Below are positions 18,543-27,730 of a DNA stretch of 55,936 nt, piece after piece. The stretch spans positions 1-55,936 of IMG/VR virus record IMGVR_UViG_3300033141_004453; one strand, 5' to 3'. Each line of letters starts with the position of its first letter. The first letter of the stretch is position 1. This DNA is from a virus. Taxonomy: Duplodnaviria > Caudoviricetes. The translations under genes were made by a program, and so were the position numbers. The notes under the pieces are model-generated. The model searched no databases. It saw nothing but the letters and a program-made list of their open reading frames with translations, and was not told the origin of the DNA.

Positions 18543-19711
18543 AAACAATTTGGTACTTTCCATTAGAAATTGTAAAAAGTAGATATACTAAACAGTTATG
18601 TAACTACTGGATACCGGATGGTATAAATAAATGTAAACAACATAATGATAAATTTGAGATAATAAAAGGCCAAAGTATTGATACTAATATTAAAGTAGGT
18701 CAGGTCTTGGATGCGACAGGACGAGGTATTTATAGTTTAACACAAGTTTCTAATTTTTTAAAAAAAATTAGAGCAGGCGATGTAAAAGATGGTGATGTTC
18801 TATATATACAGGATTTTTGGACACCAGGAATTGAAGCGATATTTTATGCTGTTGATTTGTACAATATAAAATTACATATCTACTCAATGGTTCATGCCCA
18901 AAGTGTTGATAAATATGATTTTACATATCCAATGAGAAAATGGATGAGACCTATTGAACTGGGCTATGATAAAGCACATCAATATGGTGGATTATTTGTT
19001 GCTTCAAGTATTCATAAGAAACAACTACGCAGTGCAGGATTTACTTCACCTATTCATGTTGTTAGTTTGCCTTTTGGTATTGATGAAGTTAAAGAACGTA
19101 TTAAAAATATTCATAGAAATACAGAAAAAGCAATCATATTTTCATCAAGACTTGATAAAGAAAAAAATCCAGAGTTTATGCTTAAAGTTGCAAAAAAATT
19201 TCTTGATAAATATAAGGATTGGAAATTTTATGTTACAACTTCAGGAAAGGAAATCAGAAGTAATCAAAAAGGTATAATCAAAAAAATAAGAAATTTTTCT
19301 AAAAAAAATAAAAGATTTATAATCAAAGAAGGTATTTCAAAAAATGAATATTACAAACTTCTTTGTAAATGTAAGATACAACTTAATACCTCATTACAAG
19401 ATTATGTTAGTTGGACTGTAATTGAGGCAAGTATTTGTGAATGTGATTTATGTTATCCAAATTTTAGAAGTTTTCCTGAATTTATGCCAAAAGATAGAAT
19501 GTATAGACCCTGGAATGTTTCTGATGTGTTAAGAACAATAAAAGATTGTATAGATAATCCAAAACAACACAAATGGATAGCAGAGATTTCAGATTATGGA
19601 AGATTGAAGGAATGTAAAATCATATGTAATGGTAGTAAAAAAGAAATAAATATATGGAAAGAAAAAAATAGATTTATAAAGAAAAAATGCAATTTAAAAT
19701 CCCAAAATTAA
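18539..19711 (+). CDS. GT-B (GT4-like) glycosyltransferase
   Basis: FSSRLDKEKNP, SLQDYVSWTVIEA, YPNFRSFPE. Confidence 0.8.
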   Translation: MKTIWYFPLEIVKSRYTKQLCNYWIPDGINKCKQHNDKFEIIKGQSIDTNIKVGQVLDATGRGIYSLTQVSNFLKKIRAGDVKDGDVLYIQDFWTPGIEAIFYAVDLYNIKLHIYSMVHAQSVDKYDFTYPMRKWMRPIELGYDKAHQYGGLFVASSIHKKQLRSAGFTSPIHVVSLPFGIDEVKERIKNIHRNTEKAIIFSSRLDKEKNPEFMLKVAKKFLDKYKDWKFYVTTSGKEIRSNQKGIIKKIRNFSKKNKRFIIKEGISKNEYYKLLCKCKIQLNTSLQDYVSWTVIEASICECDLCYPNFRSFPEFMPKDRMYRPWNVSDVLRTIKDCIDNPKQHKWIAEISDYGRLKECKIICNGSKKEINIWKEKNRFIKKKCNLKSQN

Positions 19712-20832
19712 AAAGTAGAAATATTCCTGTATGTAGTATAAGTATAGTAACTTCAGATACAAGTTGGTGGAGAAAATCATCACCATTTGTTTATCCAAAC
19801 TTGTTAGTGAATCTCATGGACTGTAATAAAAAAGAGCAGATAGATAAGATAAAAGAAGATACAGATAAGGACCTATTTTTATTAACAGATAGTGGTGGAT
19901 TTCAAGTTGGAGCAGGAACATGCTCATTAGACTGGAAAGAATCATTGTTAAGACAAATAAAAATTGGTGCAAGTAAAATATTTTCATTTGATACTCCAAC
20001 TATTAAAAAAAGGTCCACAACTACATTAGTTAATTTTACTTATATGGATAATGAAGAAGCATTTCATGTTATAGAAGAGAATTTAAAAGTTGCATTAAAA
20101 CAATCAGAGTTTTTAAAAACAAACTATCCTAATGAATTTGAAAAATTTTGTTACATTTTACATGGAAAATCTATGGAACAAATTGATTTTAACTTTACTT
20201 TATTTGATAAATACTTAGGAAGTATAGAAAACTATTCAAAATATTTTCCAGGAGGTATTGTTTATGGACTAAAGCAAGATGATTTGTTATATATGACAAT
20301 AGCAGCAAGACACGCATATGAAAATTTTATCAAAAAAGGAATTTATGTCCATTTTTTAGGTATGGGAAGTCCATTTAGAATGATATGTTTAATTAGAAAT
20401 AAAATAACAACATTTGATTCTTCAAGAGCCTTACAAGGAGTAAGAGCAAACCAGTTTGTTAATCCGTTTAATATATCTAACTTTATCCAATTTAAATCAG
20501 ATTGTAGTCAATTTACTAGAAATTTCTGTATGTGTCCAGCATGTTACAATATAAACTATGAAACCTTATTAAAACAAAAAGATATTCAAAAAATCAGACA
20601 AGCACTTGTAAATCATAATGTTTGGTGGTACACAATGATAAATATTTTTTTAGATGCTTTGTCAGAAAAAGAATATACTAAAATGGTATTAAAAAATCTC
20701 AAAGTAAGTAAAGAAACAATAAGAAGCCTTGAATTTTGTGACTATGCCGACCAAGTAGGATTTGATACTGCTTATAAAAAATATAAACACTATCTTAAAA
20801 AAGATGAAACTAAACAGAAAAAAATATTCTAA
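19687..20832 (+). CDS. dpdA: TGT-fold guanine transglycosylase (DpdA-like, probably DNA-modifying)
   Basis: DSGGFQ, FDTP, ILHG, VHFLG, FDSS, zinc site CMCPAC...HN. Confidence 0.8.
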   Translation: MQFKIPKLKSRNIPVCSISIVTSDTSWWRKSSPFVYPNLLVNLMDCNKKEQIDKIKEDTDKDLFLLTDSGGFQVGAGTCSLDWKESLLRQIKIGASKIFSFDTPTIKKRSTTTLVNFTYMDNEEAFHVIEENLKVALKQSEFLKTNYPNEFEKFCYILHGKSMEQIDFNFTLFDKYLGSIENYSKYFPGGIVYGLKQDDLLYMTIAARHAYENFIKKGIYVHFLGMGSPFRMICLIRNKITTFDSSRALQGVRANQFVNPFNISNFIQFKSDCSQFTRNFCMCPACYNINYETLLKQKDIQKIRQALVNHNVWWYTMINIFLDALSEKEYTKMVLKNLKVSKETIRSLEFCDYADQVGFDTAYKKYKHYLKKDETKQKKIF

Positions 20833-20841
20833 ATCATATAC

Positions 20842-23094
20842 ATGATAAAAGTAGAAAATAAAGGAAGTGATATATTTGAATTTGGTAGGCAAGGAAATGT
20901 TCCATACATCAAGAAACACAAATTTCAACCATATTTCTTCTATGAAGACACTACAGGCAATTTCAAAACTATAGATGGAAAGAATGCTACAAAACTTGTC
21001 TTAAAAAATCCAAAAGAAGTGCCAGTAGTAAGAGAACAATATAACAAGACATATGAAAGTGATATTGTTTATACAAATAGATTCATCATTGATAATTATA
21101 AAATTATAAAACAAGACAAAATAAGAATTTGTTATATAGATATTGAAATAGCAAGAACAAAGAATGGTTATGAATCAGCAGTAAAAGCTACAAATCCTAT
21201 ATTATGTATTGGGACTTATGATAATTTTGATAAAGAATACAAAACTTTTTGCATAAACAAAACTCATAGAGAAGAAAAAGAAATGATGAAAGATTTTATC
21301 AAATGGTTTGTTAAGAAAGACCCAGATTTAGTTGTTGCTTGGAATGGAGATAATTTTGATTTTCCCTTCCTTATAAATCGTATGAAGAACTTAGGATTAA
21401 ATCCCAATTTATTAGCACGACAAAGTAGTGAGTTTAGAGGTGAAGTTAAAATTGTTGGTGATAGAAATTTTATTAAGATAGAGGGAAGAGTAATGTTTGA
21501 TTTAATGTACGCTTATAGAAAAATGATAAGTGGTGAAGGAAGAGAAAGTTGGAGTTTAGATTATATATGTAAGTATGAAGGTGTTGGTCAAAAAGAGAAG
21601 TATAAAGGTGAATTAGATGATTTATTTAAGAATAATTTAGAGAAATTTATATCATATAATAAAAGAGATGTTGAACTACTAGTGTTGTTAGATGAAAAAT
21701 TACATATAGTTGATTTTTTTGATAGTGTTAGGAGGATGTGTTTTTGTCAGTTTGAGGATGTATTTATGAATAGTAAGATTGCAGATTGTCTTTGTCTAAA
21801 GAAAGCAAAGGAGTTAAATGTTGTACTACCAAGTTGCAAGAGAAATAAAAGAGAAAATATAAAAGGTGGATTTGTTCAAGATAGTGTTCCAAAATTATAT
21901 AAAAATGTAGTTTGTATGGATATGAAATCTTTGTATCCTTCAATAATGATTGGATTTAACACTTCATATGAAACAATACTTGAAAAGAAGGAAAAAAATT
22001 GTATAGATGTTTATGGAAAGTATTTTTATAAAAGAGAAAGAGGAATTATTCCATCTATTGTTAAACCTCTTTTAACAAAAAGAAACGAAATAAAGAAAAT
22101 CATGAAAAATATAGATAGAAATAGTAAGGAATTTAAATCACTTTACATGGAACAATATACTTTAAAAGTTATAGCAAATAGTTTTTATGGTGTTATGGGA
22201 TTTCCTTTGTTTAGATTGTTTAAAAGTGATGTTGCTAATTCAATTACCTTTATTGCAAGACAAATTATTATGGAAGTTAGTAAGTGGTTTAAAGAAAAAG
22301 GATTGAAAGTTATTTATGGCGACACAGATAGTGTATTTATTGAAATGGGAAATCTAACTAAAAATGATTTTGTAAAATTAAATCATGAAATCAATAATTA
22401 TTTTAAAGATTACTTCAAAAAATTTGGAGTTAGTGATGAGAACAATATCTTTCAGTTAGAGTTTGAAAAAGTGTTTAAAAGTATTTTTTTTAAGAAGAAA
22501 ACTGATGGAAAAGGAGCTAAAAAAAGATATGCAGGAAGAGTAATTTGGGAGAATGGAAAAGAAGTGGAAAAATTTATTACTGTTGGATTTGAAAGTAAAA
22601 GGTCTGATACATCAACAATTGGAAGAAAGTTTATAAGTGATGTTTTGAAAATGATTTGTTATGGTAGTAAAAAAAAGGAGATTGATAAATTTATAAGTGA
22701 ATTTAAAAAAGAACTAAAGAAACAAGCTATTGAAGATATTGCTATACCTATTGGAATTTCAAAACCTTTAGAGAATTATAAAAATGTTATTCATATCAGA
22801 GCCGCAAGAAATGCTAATAGATTACATAATGCACAGATACAATCTGGAGATAAAATTAAATATGTTTACATAATACATAAAGATATGAATGTTATAGCAT
22901 TTAAGAGTAGTAGTTGGATGTGGGATGGATATAAAATAGACTGGAAAATGATGGAAAAGAGAATTGTTGATATGAAAATTCAACCAATTTATGAAAGTTT
23001 AGGATGGAACTATCCTTGGGAAATATTTATGCCAACAAAAAAGAAAAAACAGATTAAATTTGAAGAGCAAATGAAACAAAAGTCGTTATGGTAG
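20842..23094 (+). CDS. polB: family B DNA polymerase
   Basis: Exo DIE, WNGDNFD, YNKRD; Pol DMKSLYPS, KVIANSFYG, YGDTDS, KKRYAG. Confidence 0.97.
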   Translation: MIKVENKGSDIFEFGRQGNVPYIKKHKFQPYFFYEDTTGNFKTIDGKNATKLVLKNPKEVPVVREQYNKTYESDIVYTNRFIIDNYKIIKQDKIRICYIDIEIARTKNGYESAVKATNPILCIGTYDNFDKEYKTFCINKTHREEKEMMKDFIKWFVKKDPDLVVAWNGDNFDFPFLINRMKNLGLNPNLLARQSSEFRGEVKIVGDRNFIKIEGRVMFDLMYAYRKMISGEGRESWSLDYICKYEGVGQKEKYKGELDDLFKNNLEKFISYNKRDVELLVLLDEKLHIVDFFDSVRRMCFCQFEDVFMNSKIADCLCLKKAKELNVVLPSCKRNKRENIKGGFVQDSVPKLYKNVVCMDMKSLYPSIMIGFNTSYETILEKKEKNCIDVYGKYFYKRERGIIPSIVKPLLTKRNEIKKIMKNIDRNSKEFKSLYMEQYTLKVIANSFYGVMGFPLFRLFKSDVANSITFIARQIIMEVSKWFKEKGLKVIYGDTDSVFIEMGNLTKNDFVKLNHEINNYFKDYFKKFGVSDENNIFQLEFEKVFKSIFFKKKTDGKGAKKRYAGRVIWENGKEVEKFITVGFESKRSDTSTIGRKFISDVLKMICYGSKKKEIDKFISEFKKELKKQAIEDIAIPIGISKPLENYKNVIHIRAARNANRLHNAQIQSGDKIKYVYIIHKDMNVIAFKSSSWMWDGYKIDWKMMEKRIVDMKIQPIYESLGWNYPWEIFMPTKKKKQIKFEEQMKQKSLW

Positions 23095-23774
23095 ATAATT
23101 TATGGTTGAGCAAAACCAGTATACTAACATATTTAAGATGCCCTTATAAATGGAAACTTCAGTTTATTGATAAGAAAGAGGTAGAAAAACCACCTTCAAT
23201 GGAGAGAGGAATTCACATCCATAAGTGTATAGAAAACTTTTATCAAAATTTGAATATAGAGAATGATGAAATTAAAAATTGTGATGTTCCAGAGAAATTT
23301 TTAAAATTTGAAAATAAAAGGTTAAGAGCTTGTAAGAAGAAAAAGGATTTTATGAAATATTTTAAACCTCTCTATCAAGAGTTAAAGTTGATTGATGAAA
23401 AGGAGAAAATAAAAGGAATTGTGGACGCTATATTCATAAATCCGGAGAATGATGAGTATATTGTGATAGATTGGAAGTCAGGAAAATCAAGATTTAGTGA
23501 GTTAAGTAAGTATAGGTTGGAATTGTCAATTTATAAAATGTTGGTAGATAGTAGTGGAATATTGGACAAACCAGTAAGATATTGGGGGATAGTGTTTGTT
23601 GATGAAGGAAGATTATTTTTTGAAAAAGTGAAAAAGAGAAGTATGAGAAACACCCAAAAAGTTTTAGCAAGTGTTAGAGAAAAAATACAAAAAGGGGAAT
23701 TTGAATGTAAAGTGGGGATATTATGTAAATGGTGTCCGTATATTAAATATTGTAGGGAGTTTAAAGATGTTTAA
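23088..23774 (+). CDS. Cas4/AddB-like PD-(D/E)xK exonuclease with Fe-S cysteines
   Basis: YLRCP, RG..IH, GIVD, IDWKSG, CKWCPY...C. Confidence 0.88.
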   Translation: MVDNLWLSKTSILTYLRCPYKWKLQFIDKKEVEKPPSMERGIHIHKCIENFYQNLNIENDEIKNCDVPEKFLKFENKRLRACKKKKDFMKYFKPLYQELKLIDEKEKIKGIVDAIFINPENDEYIVIDWKSGKSRFSELSKYRLELSIYKMLVDSSGILDKPVRYWGIVFVDEGRLFFEKVKKRSMRNTQKVLASVREKIQKGEFECKVGILCKWCPYIKYCREFKDV

Positions 23775-24738
23775 TACTTTTCCAAGAGAAGTAGGACCAC
23801 CAAGAAAAATTGTGAATAATTTAAAAGAATGGTTGGATTTTGTAAATATGCATAATGGTAAAAAGAAGGCAATATATACATCAATATATATGTTTGAAAA
23901 TATCTTTACAAACTCTCCAAAAAGACCTGATTATGAGTCAGCAGTTGTAGATAAGTTGTTTTTTGATTTTGATGATAAGATTTGTAATGCGTGGGAGGAA
24001 TGTAATAAACTTCACCAGGAGTGTTTGAATTTAAATCTAAAACACATGATAATTATGAGTGGGAGAGGATATCATCTGTATATTTTCTGTAAGGAAGAAA
24101 AATTAGATAACAAAAAAGAAGCAATAAGAGGAGGACAATTATTTTTTGTAAATAAATTGAACTTAACTACAGATATGCAAATTATTGGTAATGTTGCTCA
24201 GATGGCAAGAGTTCCGAACACATACCACTTAAAAGCAAGGAGATTTTGTATTCCGCTAACACAAACTCAATTTGAAAAGGGAGATAGATATGTAAAAAAT
24301 TTAGCACTAAAACAAAATTTTGTTTGTGGTTATATTGGTGATAGATTGTTTGAATTAAGGAAATTTGATAAAGAAAATGATTCAGAGGAGATTAGATTAA
24401 GTGTAGACATACCCTTAGACTTAAATACAAAGGATTTAACAAAGGATTTTCCTAATTGTATATTAGATTTAATTAAAAAAAGAAAATTAGGATGGAAAGA
24501 GAGGTATATAGTAATTTTGTTTATGAAAGAATCTGGTTACACAATTCAAGAATGTTATGATGTTTTGAAGAAATATCTAACACCTCAAAAATTACATCAT
24601 TGTATTGCAGAAGAAAAACAACTCCAATATCTATATAAGAGAGATGATTTAGTTTTTCCAACATGTGAAGATTTACAAAGAAAAGGATATTGTAAAAAAA
24701 AGTGTAGTAGATTTGGAAAATTAATATACAAACAATAA
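23767..24738 (+). CDS. archaeo-eukaryotic primase catalytic domain fused to a PriL/PriX-like C-terminal domain
   Basis: FFDFD, SGRGYHLY, RVPNT; C-terminal FPNCI...C...C. Confidence 0.82.
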   Translation: MFNTFPREVGPPRKIVNNLKEWLDFVNMHNGKKKAIYTSIYMFENIFTNSPKRPDYESAVVDKLFFDFDDKICNAWEECNKLHQECLNLNLKHMIIMSGRGYHLYIFCKEEKLDNKKEAIRGGQLFFVNKLNLTTDMQIIGNVAQMARVPNTYHLKARRFCIPLTQTQFEKGDRYVKNLALKQNFVCGYIGDRLFELRKFDKENDSEEIRLSVDIPLDLNTKDLTKDFPNCILDLIKKRKLGWKERYIVILFMKESGYTIQECYDVLKKYLTPQKLHHCIAEEKQLQYLYKRDDLVFPTCEDLQRKGYCKKKCSRFGKLIYKQ

Positions 24739-24800
24739 AATATTTAAATGATGAATATTTAATTATATAAAATAAAAATATATTTAAAAGTTTGTTGAAG

Positions 24801-25085
24801 ATGGAAATTAAAACTTTGAAAGATATAAGAAATGAATTAACTATACAAGATGATGAAGACAGTTTCGTGGAATATTTAAGACAAGAAGCAATCAAATGGA
24901 TAAAAGAACTAAAAACTTATGAACTATCACCAAAAATAAAATCTCCAAAGAATAGGAATATAATATTTGTAAATGATAAGTATTGTTTTGATGACAAAAA
25001 TTTTATTCAAGCAAGAGATTTATTAGTTGATTGGATTAAACACTTCTTTAATATAAATGAAGAGGATTTAGAAAATGAAAACTGA
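24801..25085 (+). CDS. hypothetical protein
   Basis: EIKTLKD...LRQEAIKWIKEL...WIKHFFNI. Confidence 0.65.
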   Translation: MEIKTLKDIRNELTIQDDEDSFVEYLRQEAIKWIKELKTYELSPKIKSPKNRNIIFVNDKYCFDDKNFIQARDLLVDWIKHFFNINEEDLENEN

Positions 25086-25242
25086 AAGACAGATAAGAGA
25101 AATGTTGAAAACCATTGAAGAATCTAAAGTTAAATGTTATGGCGGTGAGATTGATACAGAATTAGGGGAGATTTTAGCAATTAAAAATACTCTCAAATGG
25201 GTCTTGGAAGATGATAAGGAGGAGGAAAAGGAAGATGAATAA
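25075..25242 (+). CDS. hypothetical protein (55 aa, MKTERQIREML...)
   Basis: translated by hand; overlaps both neighbours. Confidence 0.6.
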   Translation: MKTERQIREMLKTIEESKVKCYGGEIDTELGEILAIKNTLKWVLEDDKEEEKEDE

Positions 25243-25534
25243 AATAATCACATTAGACTTAATGTTAACAGGATTTGGATTTATATTATCTTTATTTTTG
25301 ATAATCTATTCAACACTTTTAGATAAATTAATTTTGCTTTTGATTGGAATTTTTATAGCTATACCTTCCATAGTCCACACAATAGATGGAATGACACGAA
25401 GATGCGCTTTTAGGAATATCCAGTTCGTGGAGCCAGTCGCTTTACCGCTCTGCACACGTCGGCAAAAAACTCGTGGTTTGCAAGGAGTAACCTCGCGAGG
25501 AAACGAGACCTTGCAACCCGAGACCTATATTTAA
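25235..25534 (+). CDS. small membrane protein (2 TM); C-terminal half reads through a GC-rich element
   Basis: hydrophobic N-terminal half; atypical codons after about 25390. Confidence 0.45.
   Translation: MNKIITLDLMLTGFGFILSLFLIIYSTLLDKLILLLIGIFIAIPSIVHTIDGMTRRCAFRNIQFVEPVALPLCTRRQKTRGLQGVTSRGNETLQPETYI
25427..25463 (-). other. tRNA-Trp(CCA)-like 5' half with no 3' half found
   Basis: GCCGACGTGTGCAGAGCGGTAAAGCGACTGGCTCCAC: U8, G18G19, A21, C32U33 and CCA at 34-36 in canonical register; D-stem imperfect. Confidence 0.4.
25464..25526 (-). ncRNA. GC-rich long hairpin followed by a T6 tract on the minus strand; candidate small RNA or terminator
   Basis: CTCG-GG-TTGCAAGG pairs with CCTTGCAA-A-CC-A-CGAG; inner CTCG/CGAG stem. 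Confidence 0.45.
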
Positions 25535-25557
25535 AAGTAAATTTCCAAAAGACCAAG

Positions 25558-25902
25558 ATGAAAACTGAAAAAATAAAAAAGCTAATTGAGAAGTTAGAGA
25601 AGAAGATGGGAGAATTTGGAGATAGTAGTATGTACGTTATTGATAGGCCAGACTGGGAGCAATTCAAACAAGACCTAAACTCAATCCTGGAAGATACAGA
25701 AAAGAAGTTACATGATACAAAACTTGAAGAAGAATTCAATAAAAAAATTAATGATATTAAACAGAAAATTGATAATATAAGAGATTTAACTCTTGATTTA
25801 AAAAGTAAAGTTGAATACAAGCATTTAGGAAGTGTAGAACATTTTAAATTTATTTTAAGCGAATGTAAAGAAATAGACAAAATCTTCAAAGAGGAAGAAT
25901 GA
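25558..25902 (+). CDS. hypothetical coiled-coil protein
   Basis: ORF track; operonic. Confidence 0.6.
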   Translation: MKTEKIKKLIEKLEKKMGEFGDSSMYVIDRPDWEQFKQDLNSILEDTEKKLHDTKLEEEFNKKINDIKQKIDNIRDLTLDLKSKVEYKHLGSVEHFKFILSECKEIDKIFKEEE

Positions 25903-26159
25903 AAACTGAAACTAAATTAGCAAGAGAGAATATAGAGCAATTTGAAATAGAAGCTCAAACAGGAAGTATGCCACTTAACAAAAGAAATTGTCAAGAACAT
26001 AAACAAGCCTGCCAGAGATTTTTGAAGTTTTTAGAAAACTTTTATAGGAATTGTAAAAAAGAGAAAACAATATTTGAAATACATGATAGGAAAGATATTG
26101 AAGAAAAAATCCAAGACCTCAAAACTGCAATTAAATTGTATAAGGATGAAGGAATATGA
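25899..26159 (+). CDS. hypothetical protein
   Basis: ORF track; ATGA overlap. Confidence 0.6.
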   Translation: MKTETKLARENIEQFEIEAQTGSMPLNKRNCQEHKQACQRFLKFLENFYRNCKKEKTIFEIHDRKDIEEKIQDLKTAIKLYKDEGI

Positions 26160-26461
26160 AAATAAAAACTTTAAGTGATAAAAGAATATTAGTAGATGAA
26201 TATTTTGCACATTATACAGAAGAAGATGTCAAACAATTCATCAAAGAGATTTTAGATGAGATTGAAAGAAGAAAAAAACACCATATGAAACATTTTGATA
26301 GGTATATAAGAGAAACAGAAAAATATGTAGATGATGAAAAGCAAGTTGAATATTCAGAAAATCAAGCAATAAAAGAAATGAATATTAATGATGAATTAAA
26401 TGAATTAGAAGAATTTATTAAACGAAAAGCAGGCAAGGAGCTAGTAGATGATGAAAACTAA
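26156..26461 (+). CDS. hypothetical protein
   Basis: ORF track; ATGA overlap. Confidence 0.6.
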   Translation: MKIKTLSDKRILVDEYFAHYTEEDVKQFIKEILDEIERRKKHHMKHFDRYIRETEKYVDDEKQVEYSENQAIKEMNINDELNELEEFIKRKAGKELVDDEN

Positions 26462-26783
26462 AAAACCACAACCTTTGGATTTAGAAGAAACAGCAAATAG
26501 AATTTTAAAAGAATTATCAGTTATAAGTTGTATTGGAGATAGCAAGGGGATTCAATACTCAATTAAGTCAAACATAATCTTTTTTGTTAAGCAACGCCTC
26601 AAATCAGCCTGTGAGTTTTATTTGAGATATAAGGATAAGCCAGAATTGTTAGAAAAAGAAAATCATAAATTATGGGTAAAAATATCTAATGAGAATAGAA
26701 TAACAACAGGAAAAATAACTGACCAATACAACGAATGGCTATTCAAACTTGCATTTAAAGATGTTTTGAAGGAGGAAAAATGA
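26448..26783 (+). CDS. hypothetical protein
   Basis: ORF track. Confidence 0.6.
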   Translation: MMKTKKPQPLDLEETANRILKELSVISCIGDSKGIQYSIKSNIIFFVKQRLKSACEFYLRYKDKPELLEKENHKLWVKISNENRITTGKITDQYNEWLFKLAFKDVLKEEK

Positions 26784-27181
26784 TTAAGATAAAACAAACA
26801 AATTACAATACGAGCATAAGGAAAGTTATAGAGCATACTATAATAATAGGAAAAAATAGAATTTGGATAGATACTTCAAAATTAACCCCTGAAGATGAGG
26901 GATTTATAGCTATAATTATGGATGAAATGGTGGAGGGAAAAAGCACAGAGGGTTTGATAGAATCATTAGTGAATGTAAATGGCAACTGGTTAAATTACAC
27001 TATGACAAGAACAAAAACAAAAAAGCAAGCAATAAAAAATCATATGAAAATTGTAAATGGAATTAAAAAAGAAGGAAAGAAATTTTTAGAAAAATATAGA
27101 GGCAATGTCTATAAGGAAGGAGATTTATTTTTTGATGTTGAAGAATTAAATAATGTATGGAAAAATGACAATCCAAACTAA
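26780..27181 (+). CDS. hypothetical protein
   Basis: ORF track; GGAGG SD. Confidence 0.6.
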   Translation: MIKIKQTNYNTSIRKVIEHTIIIGKNRIWIDTSKLTPEDEGFIAIIMDEMVEGKSTEGLIESLVNVNGNWLNYTMTRTKTKKQAIKNHMKIVNGIKKEGKKFLEKYRGNVYKEGDLFFDVEELNNVWKNDNPN

Positions 27182-27446
27182 AAAACTAATCTCAAATTTG
27201 AAGAAAGAGATTGAGAAAAGGAAGAAAAAATATAGTTGGAATAGAAAAGGTATGACGAGTTTAGAAAAAGCACAAATTAGAAAGGAGATTAAATTAAAAC
27301 AAGTTCAACTCCAATTCGCAGAAGATTTGATAGAAGCAAGAATAAAAGACATAGAGCAAGATAAAGTAATCCCAAATTTTGTTAAAGCCCATCTTAAAAT
27401 TAAATTAAAGGAGTTAGAAAAAGAATGTCAGAAATATCAGAACTAA
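27153..27446 (+). CDS. hypothetical basic protein
   Basis: ORF track. Confidence 0.55.
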   Translation: MYGKMTIQTKKLISNLKKEIEKRKKKYSWNRKGMTSLEKAQIRKEIKLKQVQLQFAEDLIEARIKDIEQDKVIPNFVKAHLKIKLKELEKECQKYQN

Positions 27447-27625
27447 AGAAGTTAAATACAATAAAAGTTTATTTAGACCAAATCAAAAATTGGGAATTTG
27501 AATATAAAGGAAAAATCTATAAATTAAATGTAAAGGAAGTGTTAAGACTCTTGGAATTAGTAAAAGGTGAGAGGTTAGAAGTAAAAGACGAGGAAGCAGA
27601 AAATCCTTTTATTATTGAAAAATGA
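27425..27625 (+). CDS. hypothetical protein
   Basis: ORF track. Confidence 0.55.
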   Translation: MSEISELKKLNTIKVYLDQIKNWEFEYKGKIYKLNVKEVLRLLELVKGERLEVKDEEAENPFIIEK

Positions 27626-27730
27626 TACCCGAGTGGTTATATATTATTGGTTGTATTTGTGGTTGGATAAGTATAATTTGGATTATCATAAAGAGAATAT
27701 GTGAGAAGTAAATAACCCTTTTTTGACAAA

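Noticed and set aside
14750-20832. Complete queuosine or archaeosine tRNA pathway as an auxiliary metabolic module
   Set aside because: No QueC, QueF, QueA or ArcS recognised; the TGT-like protein lacks a PUA extension and lies among DNA replication genes. tRNA activity is disfavoured but not excluded
23088-23774. Cas4-like gene as evidence of a CRISPR system
   Set aside because: No repeat-spacer array or other cas genes seen; solo Cas4/AddB-like nucleases are common in viral replication modules
25427-25526. Intact tRNA gene, attP site or hammerhead ribozyme
   Set aside because: No T-arm or 3' acceptor strand, no integrase in the window and no CUGAUGA core
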